Shown in pieces: positions 36,306-43,827 of a stretch of DNA of 53,337 nt. Numbering within the stretch: position 1 is the stretch's first letter; every line of letters begins with the position of its first letter. The stretch spans positions 1 through 53,337 of the forward strand of contig JBBSXO010000004.1 in assembly GCA_038045705.1 (NCBI GenBank), given 5' to 3'. The translations under genes were made by a program, and so were the position numbers. The DNA comes from Nanobdellota archaeon (GTDB taxonomy: Archaea > Nanobdellota > Nanobdellia > Pacearchaeales > GW2011-AR1). A model generated the notes under the pieces. It was not told where the DNA came from, searched no databases, and saw only the letters and a list, made by a program, of their open reading frames with translations.

Positions 36306-36938
36306 ATGAGCCTTGAAAAATTACTTGCTAAAGTGAAAACAGATTTTCTTCCAGCTAGTAAGAACAGGATAAGAGATTATGTGCAAAAATATGAATTAGA
36401 AGGATATTTCAATGAAGATGTTCCAGAAGACTATAAGACTAGATTTAGAGAAGGCCTTGACAGAATAACAAATGAAGTAACCGATAATTATTCTACAGAA
36501 TTAAGATCATTTCTAAGAACGCCTATAGGTAAAGGTAGTATGGCTTTAGCAGTTGCTAATGATTTGAGCGCGTACGCAACTACAGTTCCGTTTCACCAAG
36601 TAAGTATCTTAGGGTTATATCTATTTGCTGCTAAAACAATAAACGAAGTCCCAGCAGTCTTAAGATATGCACGTAAGTCTAAAGATTGGTATGGAGCATT
36701 AGGGCACATGTTACTAAAACCAGTCAGATATTTGCTACCTGTTTTAGGACCAGCTTTAGAATCAGGAGCTTTTGAAAGAATGGTTAAAAGAAGAGTAAGA
36801 AAAGAGATCGCAAGAAAATTCGTAGAAAGATATGGTAATTATGAACCTTTAGAAAATAGATTAAAAGAGAGACTCAAAGAGCCCCTAGGAGAACACGTAT
36901 ATGTTGAAAAAAGAGAAGAAGAATTAGTTGGAGTTTAA
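36306..36938 (+). CDS. Hypothetical protein with central amphipathic/hydrophobic helices
   Basis: 210-aa ORF starting 8 nt after the CBS gene; segments VSILGLYLFAA and YLLPVLGPAL. Confidence 0.72.
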   Translation: MSLEKLLAKVKTDFLPASKNRIRDYVQKYELEGYFNEDVPEDYKTRFREGLDRITNEVTDNYSTELRSFLRTPIGKGSMALAVANDLSAYATTVPFHQVSILGLYLFAAKTINEVPAVLRYARKSKDWYGALGHMLLKPVRYLLPVLGPALESGAFERMVKRRVRKEIARKFVERYGNYEPLENRLKERLKEPLGEHVYVEKREEELVGV

Positions 36939-38480
36939 ACTAAAATCGTCTAATGTAATTGGTTTGTTGTCTAATTCCTTTTTTACAGATTCAATTATCT
37001 TTTTCATTTTTTTCTCACGAGCTATTGAAGCATAATGATAAGCTTCATCTCTTGTTCCTTTTGTAATTAATATCACTAATTTTCCTTTGCTTAGACGGGC
37101 TGTTCTGCCTGCTCGCTGAATTTTTCTTATCTCTGAAGGGATTGGTTCGTAAAAATAAACTGCATTGACTTCTGGAATATCAAGGCCCTCTTCCCCAATT
37201 GAAGTTGCACATAACACATTTATATTCCCTAGCTTAAATTGTTCTATTACTTCTTTTTGTTCTTTTTGAGAAAGACCTGAACTTCCTGATGAATGTTGTT
37301 TTTTTGCCTGGCCTACAAAAGTTTTTGATTTTACATCAGGTATTTCATTTAATTTATTGGATATTGTATTTGCTGTTTCTCTATATTGAGTAAATATTAT
37401 TATTTTAGTTTGTTTGTTATTTTTGAACTCTCCTTCAATTAACTTTTTTAGTTCTCCTATCTTTGGATGTTCTATTTTATTTTCTATTAATCTATTTATT
37501 GATATAATTGTTGCTTTGAATTCTGCGGAGTTAACTAATGTCTGGACACCTTTGCTTTTTTTCTCTCTTGCCTGTCTTTCTAAATTTTTCAGATATTCAT
37601 TTAGTCCAGAAATAGTTTGGGTTTCTAATAATTCCATTGCATGAGATATCTTTATTGCTTGTGCACATAAAGACATTCCAATCATTGCATTGAAGTTCCC
37701 AGGATTTACTTGAGAAGCTAAACGATTTTGGAGTTTTAGTAAAGTTATTTTATTTGCTGGTTCAAAAAGTAAATTTCTATTTTTTAGTTGTTCTACTTTT
37801 GAATCGTAAATTCTCTTTAACAAAACTCTTAACTCTATAAAATCTTGTGGAAATTGAACTTCATGTTTTTTTATTTCTAATTGTTGTAAGTATGGTTTTA
37901 CATCCTCTGAATCTCTTGTTCTTAACTCTAATTTTTCTATTCCTAGATTTTTACATATTTGAGTGACTCTGTCTTTTTCAGAACCAGGGGACGCAGTCAA
38001 ACCTAATATTCTTTGATTTATTGCTTGAGACTTATAGGCATTTGCTACATAAGTATAATCATAATTTTTTAGGCATCTGTGTGCTTCATCGATCACTAAA
38101 AGAGATACATCTTCTAAATTGTATAATCCTTTTTTTACATCATTTGCAATACATTGTGGTGTTGAAAATATTATTTCTGCAGACTTCCAGATATTCATTC
38201 TTTTTTTGGAGTTGACTGTTCCAGTAAATATATCTATTCCTGCAAATAATTCTGGTAAGTTTTTTTTGAATGATTCAAGATGTTGTTCTACTAATGGTCT
38301 TGTTGGAGCAAGAATTAATACTTTTTTCCCAGGAAATTTTTGTATCCTCTCTACAGAAAGCATCAAGGCGATTAAAGTTTTTCCTATCCCTGTAGGTAGC
38401 ACCACTAAAGTATTGTTATCTTTTGCAGTATCTAAAATTGATTTTTGATATTCTCTTGGAGAAAGCTTGATTGTTTCCAT
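36924..38480 (-). CDS. hef: Hef/FANCM-like DEAH helicase without nuclease domain
   Basis: PREYQ, LPTGIGKT, APTRPLVEQH, DEAHR, GLTASPGS, HPK, FVGQ, ATSIGEEGLDIP, YEPIPSEIRKIQRAGRTAR. Confidence 0.93.
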   Translation of the reverse strand: METIKLSPREYQKSILDTAKDNNTLVVLPTGIGKTLIALMLSVERIQKFPGKKVLILAPTRPLVEQHLESFKKNLPELFAGIDIFTGTVNSKKRMNIWKSAEIIFSTPQCIANDVKKGLYNLEDVSLLVIDEAHRCLKNYDYTYVANAYKSQAINQRILGLTASPGSEKDRVTQICKNLGIEKLELRTRDSEDVKPYLQQLEIKKHEVQFPQDFIELRVLLKRIYDSKVEQLKNRNLLFEPANKITLLKLQNRLASQVNPGNFNAMIGMSLCAQAIKISHAMELLETQTISGLNEYLKNLERQAREKKSKGVQTLVNSAEFKATIISINRLIENKIEHPKIGELKKLIEGEFKNNKQTKIIIFTQYRETANTISNKLNEIPDVKSKTFVGQAKKQHSSGSSGLSQKEQKEVIEQFKLGNINVLCATSIGEEGLDIPEVNAVYFYEPIPSEIRKIQRAGRTARLSKGKLVILITKGTRDEAYHYASIAREKKMKKIIESVKKELDNKPITLDDFSLNSN

Positions 38481-38483
38481 GCT

Positions 38484-39128
38484 TTAAACTAAAAGCAATG
38501 CATACATCATAAATATTAGTGTGATTACTGCTAATACTGACCAGAGGACTCTGGAGCCGAAATAAATTTGAGAGCCATCTAATTTAGAAAAAGGGAACAT
38601 GTTGAAGAAAGCATAAAATGTAGCCATTCTAGATATTGTAACCCAGGCATCTCCTGGTAACCAGTAAGTTATAAATGTTATAAGAATTGCTGAAATTATT
38701 CCTGATGCTCCTACTAATGCATTATGAAAATCAGTCATTTCGGTGAAACTATAGGGTCCAAATCTTTTTGCAGCTCTCCTTTTTAGAGCTCTTGTTTCAT
38801 AAGTTAAGATTGTCATTAATTTTATAGTTCCTAAACTAACTATTGCTACAAATAGAGGTATGATGACTCCAGCGAATATACTTTTGTTTAATTTATCAGA
38901 TGGATTAAACCAGAATCTGTCCATTTTCCAAATTTCATGTTCTACATCTGCGTCTAGTCTTGATGCTACTATTTTTTTTGTGATTATATTGATTCCAATT
39001 ATTATTGCTCCAAAAAGAACGATCATTGAAAATGCTTTTAAATTTCCTTGAATTAAATCTATAAATCCTGAAATAAAACCCAATGTTATTATCGCAACTA
39101 TTATTTGAGTTATCTCTTTGTCTTTCAT
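38484..39128 (-). CDS. M50/site-2 protease-like membrane protein lacking HExxH
   Basis: FFNMFPFSKLDGSQI (NxxPxxxxDG) is present; the expected HExxH position reads NIITKKIVA. Confidence 0.7.
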   Translation of the reverse strand: MKDKEITQIIVAIITLGFISGFIDLIQGNLKAFSMIVLFGAIIIGINIITKKIVASRLDADVEHEIWKMDRFWFNPSDKLNKSIFAGVIIPLFVAIVSLGTIKLMTILTYETRALKRRAAKRFGPYSFTEMTDFHNALVGASGIISAILITFITYWLPGDAWVTISRMATFYAFFNMFPFSKLDGSQIYFGSRVLWSVLAVITLIFMMYALLLV

Positions 39129-39237
39129 TTTCTTGTTAATTTTCTATTTATTATAAAGCTTGTCACTAGTTGCTATTACTCTAACATGTCTATTTGTTTA
39201 ACGTAAAGTATAAATACACAACAAATTAATTTTATTT

Positions 39238-39576
39238 ATGCTTAAAATAAAGAAAGTTTCGGAAGTAATGAATAAACACGTTTATACAGCTGAAGGTGAA
39301 TACTTTGGTCAGGTAGAGGATGTTAACTTAATGGATAATAAAGTTGATGGGTGGAAGATACGTGTTAATGGAAGTTTTGTTAGTTCTCTTGGTGGTGCTA
39401 AAGGAGTTATTATTCCTCATCAGTTTGTTAAGGCTATTGGAGATGTTTTTGTTATAACTGGAAGTTCTATTCCTTCAAAGAGTGAAGGTATTGATTTAGG
39501 TTCTGGCTCTCCTAATGTTTCTCCTGGAAGTAATACTGGAAGTAGCATGATGACTTCTGGTTTTGATAGTTTCTGA
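39238..39576 (+). CDS. PRC-barrel domain protein (CdpB-like)
   Basis: KHVYTAEGEYFGQVEDV...GVIIPHQFVKAIGDVFVI followed by a low-complexity tail. Confidence 0.88.
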   Translation: MLKIKKVSEVMNKHVYTAEGEYFGQVEDVNLMDNKVDGWKIRVNGSFVSSLGGAKGVIIPHQFVKAIGDVFVITGSSIPSKSEGIDLGSGSPNVSPGSNTGSSMMTSGFDSF

Positions 39577-39615
39577 TAGTGAAGTTTAAATAATTGTTTT
39601 ATTTGTGCTTGTCTG

Positions 39616-40125
39616 ATGGTAGAGACTATTTTATCTAGCCCGATTATATCCGAGGGAGTTTTACCTTTTATTTTGATTTTTACTGTTGTGTTTGCAATCT
39701 TGCAAAAATCTAAAGTTTTGGGAGATGATAAAAAGCAAATTGATGCGATGGTTGCTTTGGTTTTTGGACTAGTCACTATTACTTTTGCTAGGGCTGTTGG
39801 AATAATTAATCAATTACTTCCTTTTCTTGCTGTTGCTATTATAATGATTTTAGTGTTTATGATTCTAATTGCTTTATTTTATAAGAATGGAGATGGAAGT
39901 GAAACTAAGTTGTATGGAGCTTTTAAGACTATAATGATGATACTTGCATTTGTTGCAGTGGTTATTGCAGGACTTTATTTTACAGGTGCTTGGGATTATC
40001 TTTCTTATAAGTTTAGTGAACCTGGAAGTAATTTAGTTACAAATATTGTTTTTATTGCGATCATTATTGGCGGATTTTTGGTTATTTTCTTTGGAGATAA
40101 GCAGAAGAAGCCTGAAGGCAAGTAG
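39616..40125 (+). CDS. Uncharacterised ~5-TM membrane protein (paralog 1)
   Basis: VLPFILIFTVVFAILQKSKVLG...IDAMVALVFG...LLPFLAVAII. Confidence 0.8.
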   Translation: MVETILSSPIISEGVLPFILIFTVVFAILQKSKVLGDDKKQIDAMVALVFGLVTITFARAVGIINQLLPFLAVAIIMILVFMILIALFYKNGDGSETKLYGAFKTIMMILAFVAVVIAGLYFTGAWDYLSYKFSEPGSNLVTNIVFIAIIIGGFLVIFFGDKQKKPEGK

Positions 40126-40173
40126 TAAGGGGTTTTACGAAACATATTTAAATAAAGTTAATATTTTTACTGT

Positions 40174-40737
40174 ATGATGATTGGTGCTGGAATGTTTGTA
40201 CAATTCTTTTCTTTATTTGATTTGTATGCTCAATGGGAAACTTCTGGTGTTTTTGACTTTCTCCTTCCAGCTTTGTTAATATTCGCAGTCATATTCGGCA
40301 TTTTAACCTCTACAGGGGTTTTAGGTGGCAATAGAGGAGTTAATTTTGTTATTGCGGCTGCTTCTGCTTTGATGGCTATGAGACTTCAGATAGTCTCTGA
40401 CTTCTTTGCATTGTTATTGCCTGGACTTGGTATTGGTGTTGCAGTGCTAGTTGTTGTCCTTGTTTTATCTGGGTTGTTTTTACAAAAATCTAATTGGAGA
40501 CAATGGATGCCTACATTCTTCTGGGGGGGAGTTATAATTGCGTTGATAATAGTTATTAGTGTATTGAATAGTTTCGCTTGGTTTGGTTCAGTGTGGTGGC
40601 AGACGAATTGGGTTTCAATTATTTGGGTAATTGTTATTATTGCAATTCTTGCTCCTATGTTTACAACTCCTAAGACCCCTGGAGAAATAGCTACTGAAGA
40701 ATCTAACTTCAAAATGCCGTTTGATAAGGTAAGATAA
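40174..40737 (+). CDS. Uncharacterised ~5-TM membrane protein (paralog 2)
   Basis: LLPALLIFAVIFGILTSTGVLG...VNFVIAAA...LLPGLGIGVAV. Confidence 0.8.
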   Translation: MMIGAGMFVQFFSLFDLYAQWETSGVFDFLLPALLIFAVIFGILTSTGVLGGNRGVNFVIAAASALMAMRLQIVSDFFALLLPGLGIGVAVLVVVLVLSGLFLQKSNWRQWMPTFFWGGVIIALIIVISVLNSFAWFGSVWWQTNWVSIIWVIVIIAILAPMFTTPKTPGEIATEESNFKMPFDKVR

Positions 40738-40741
40738 TATA

Positions 40742-41287
40742 ATGGTTGCTGATGTATCTAGTTTTGTTTATTTTGCACCTGTTTTAGTTTTTCTTGCGGT
40801 TTTTGGAATTATGGTCGCTTTGCTTCATAAGACTAAGTTATTGTGGGACAGCTTACCCCTTAACATTTTTGTTTCTTTTGTAATTGCTGCTATCTTTATA
40901 ACTGCATCTAGTGCTACTGAAATACTTTTGAATGTTGTTCCTTGGTTTGCTGTTTTACTTATTGCTTTGTTTTTGATTATGGCCCTTGTTGGATTTATAG
41001 GGGGGAAAGGGGTTGAAGGAATGATGGGTAAAGGTATAGCATGGGTGTTTATTGTCTTGTTAATAATTGTATTTTTAATTTCGGGGATAAAGGTATTTTC
41101 TAATTCTCTTGCTCCTTATTGGCCTAGCGCGACTTATGATGATGTTTCTTATGGAGATCCTACTCTTGTTTCTTTATTTAGCTGGCTTTATTCTCCTCAA
41201 GTTAAGGGATTCTTTTTGTTGATTGGAGTTGCTGGTTTAGTTACTTGGATATTAGTGAAGAAAGGTGGACTCACGAATAAGAAATAG
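40742..41287 (+). CDS. Uncharacterised ~5-TM membrane protein (paralog 3)
   Basis: FAPVLVFLAVFGIMVALLHKTKLL...LNIFVSFVIA...VVPWFAVLLI. Confidence 0.8.
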   Translation: MVADVSSFVYFAPVLVFLAVFGIMVALLHKTKLLWDSLPLNIFVSFVIAAIFITASSATEILLNVVPWFAVLLIALFLIMALVGFIGGKGVEGMMGKGIAWVFIVLLIIVFLISGIKVFSNSLAPYWPSATYDDVSYGDPTLVSLFSWLYSPQVKGFFLLIGVAGLVTWILVKKGGLTNKK

Positions 41288-41292
41288 TTTTT

Positions 41293-41922
41293 TTATTTGT
41301 GATGTTTTTCTCCTAGGACCTTTGCAAATGTTTTTTGTGTTTCTATTAATTCGTGTTTGATATCTTCAACATTAGTTACATAATCTCCAACCTTTCTTAA
41401 TACAGATGTTTGTAACATATCTATTATTTTTTCTATTCTTTTAAGTCTATCTTCAATTGCTTCAGTTTTTGTTTCTAATTCTGTTTTGAAATTAGACATT
41501 TTTTCTAATTTTTTTCTAACATCTGATAATTTTTCAGAAACTATCTGCTCTGATATTTCCATTATGGTATCACTACTTAATCCACCTGCAGAGTAGTCAT
41601 AATTTTGTTGTTGATAGTTTTGTGGTTGACTTTGTGGATCATATCCTGAAAAATATTCTTGATTTTGTGGTTGGTTTTCTTGTGGTTGAGGAGGCATCAT
41701 TGACTGTTGCATTTCTTGATCTGAATATTGTGGTGTGGGTTGTGCATCACTTGGCATTGGAGGTAGTGGCTCTTCTTGTTCTATGGCTTGTTTTATTTTA
41801 CTTTGGGAAATTGCCTCTGATATTGCCCTATAAGGATTTCCTTGTTCTTGTAATTTTAAGATTATTTGGTCATCTTGCATTCCTGTTTGACGCATTCTTT
41901 GAATTTCTTCTAGTAAGCCCAT
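41293..41922 (-). CDS. Hypothetical protein: helical N-domain, P/Q-rich disordered linker, coiled-coil C-terminus
   Basis: MGLLEEIQRMRQTGMQDDQIILKLQEQG...; PPMP/QPQ-rich middle; heptad-rich C-terminal half. Confidence 0.8.
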   Translation of the reverse strand: MGLLEEIQRMRQTGMQDDQIILKLQEQGNPYRAISEAISQSKIKQAIEQEEPLPPMPSDAQPTPQYSDQEMQQSMMPPQPQENQPQNQEYFSGYDPQSQPQNYQQQNYDYSAGGLSSDTIMEISEQIVSEKLSDVRKKLEKMSNFKTELETKTEAIEDRLKRIEKIIDMLQTSVLRKVGDYVTNVEDIKHELIETQKTFAKVLGEKHHK

Positions 41923-42242
41923 CAGTTTTTTTTACCTCTTGCAGTCATGAATAATTCTATTTGGCGTTGAAGCATCATTAATTCCTCTTTTCTAGCTGAT
42001 TCAGATAATTGATCAGCTACTTTCTTTAAGAAATCCTGTATTTTGATGTTTTCTTCTCTTGTTTTTGATAGTAGTTTTTTTATCTCTTGTATTTCTTGTA
42101 CTGTAGATTCACGATCATCTACAACATTTTTTCCTATTAATAATATTCGATCTCTAAGTAATCTTTGCTTTTCTTCCATATCTTTTAGTCTGCTGGATGC
42201 ATCATTATAGGATTCTTCCGTTGGTTGATACTCTTGAGGCAT
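41922..42242 (-). CDS. Hypothetical coiled-coil protein
   Basis: 106 aa, heptad pattern (RLKDMEEKQRLLRDRILLI); TGATG overlap with the downstream gene. Confidence 0.8.
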   Translation of the reverse strand: MPQEYQPTEESYNDASSRLKDMEEKQRLLRDRILLIGKNVVDDRESTVQEIQEIKKLLSKTREENIKIQDFLKKVADQLSESARKEELMMLQRQIELFMTARGKKN

Positions 42243-42327
42243 TAGAATTTATAGCTAATTGTATTTAAAACTGTTTGTAGTCTTTCAGAATGTCAATTTA
42301 TTTAAAGCCCTGTTTTTACTTATTTAT

Positions 42328-42522
42328 ATGAGTTTATTAAAACATTTATTACTAGTTTTTATTTTTATTAGTCTTATTTTTTCAGTATTATTTTCTGTAA
42401 AAAGTTTTACTGGATATCTTGTTTCAGATATAACTAATAATTCTGCTAATTTGACTGCTTTCTTATTTTTGTTTTTGGGTATTCTTGGTACTTTGCTGTA
42501 TACACATAGATTTAGGAATTAG
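42328..42522 (+). CDS. Small two-TM membrane protein
   Basis: MSLLKHLLLVFIFISLIFSVLFSVKSFTGYLVS...AFLFLFLGILGTLLY; TTTAAA box about 27 nt before ATG 42328. Confidence 0.6.
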   Translation: MSLLKHLLLVFIFISLIFSVLFSVKSFTGYLVSDITNNSANLTAFLFLFLGILGTLLYTHRFRN

Positions 42523-42596
42523 TATCAAAAAATAGATACACCACCAAATACTAAAATGCATTAAGACATAAAAAAGCATATAAAAGGGCAATTGTA

Positions 42597-43802
42597 ATGC
42601 AGTTTATGAATTTTATAAAGAAAAAATTAAAAAATGGTATAACTGTTTTATTTGAAAAGAGAGACTTGCCAATGGTTTGTTATAGTGTTTCAAATCCATT
42701 TGGAGGAGCACATGAGACTTCTGAAATCAAAGGAGTAGCACATTTATTTGAGCATCTTCTATTTACAGGAACAAAAACAAGAACAAATGAACAAATCCTT
42801 GCAGAAATAGAAAAATTAGGGGGAGTTCTAAATGCATTTACTGCACAAGAAGTAACTACTTATTTTTTTAAGTTACCATCTGAGCATATAGAAACAGGAA
42901 TGAATCTGATACATGATATACTAAAAAATCCAATATTTGAAAAAGAGAAGATGGAAAGAGAAAAGAGAGTAGTAATCGAAGAAATAAAAATTTATCACGA
43001 TGACCCAGAAAGAAGAGCTTCTGAATTGTTAGAATCTGCATTATATGAAAAACCATTTGGCGAAGGAGTTACTGGAACAGAAGAAACAGTAAAATCTTTG
43101 ACAAGAGAAAAGATTATAGAAATATTCAAAGAAAATTATGCTCCCGAAAATTTTATAATTACAATAGTGGGAAAAGCAGATATAGATAAAATATGCTCAA
43201 GGTTAGAAGAAGATTTTAAACCATTAAATAAAAAATATGTCCATATTCCAATAAAGAAAAAAAACCAAGATATCAAAGAAGAAAGAGAAGACATAAACCA
43301 AGCAAAAATAGTTCTAGGTATGCATGTTCCATTAGATGAAAAAACACATTATACTTTAGAGGTTCTAAACACTTATTTAGCAAGTGGGATGTCTTCTAAA
43401 TTAGCACTAGAAATTAGAGAGAAAAGAGGATTAGCTTATACTGTAAGCGGTAGAATAGAAAAAGAAAAGAATTATGGTTATTATAGCATTTTTGCAGGAA
43501 CAACTAAAGAGGCATTAGATGAAGTAAAAAACCTAATAATAAAAGGATTTAATGAGGTAATAAAAATGTCTGAGCAAGATCTAAAAGAAGCAAAACAAAG
43601 ATTAATAGGTCTAAGAAAAATATCTTCTGAAGAGAGCCTTAATGTAATGCAAGGTTTAATTTTTATGGAAATCGCAACAGGAAAAGCAGAAGATCATTAC
43701 AAATACGAAGAAAAAGTAAAATCAGTCAGATTAAATGAAGTTAAGAATCTGGCCAAAATATTAATTAAAAATTATAGCACTGCAATAGTCTGCCCTAAAT
43801 GA
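42597..43802 (+). CDS. M16-family zinc peptidase
   Basis: GVAHLFEHLLFTGT (HxxEH), LNAFT, VIEEI, GMSSKL..EIREKRGLAY. Confidence 0.94.
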   Translation: MQFMNFIKKKLKNGITVLFEKRDLPMVCYSVSNPFGGAHETSEIKGVAHLFEHLLFTGTKTRTNEQILAEIEKLGGVLNAFTAQEVTTYFFKLPSEHIETGMNLIHDILKNPIFEKEKMEREKRVVIEEIKIYHDDPERRASELLESALYEKPFGEGVTGTEETVKSLTREKIIEIFKENYAPENFIITIVGKADIDKICSRLEEDFKPLNKKYVHIPIKKKNQDIKEEREDINQAKIVLGMHVPLDEKTHYTLEVLNTYLASGMSSKLALEIREKRGLAYTVSGRIEKEKNYGYYSIFAGTTKEALDEVKNLIIKGFNEVIKMSEQDLKEAKQRLIGLRKISSEESLNVMQGLIFMEIATGKAEDHYKYEEKVKSVRLNEVKNLAKILIKNYSTAIVCPK

Positions 43803-43827
43803 TAAAAATCAAGAATCATAGATAAAT

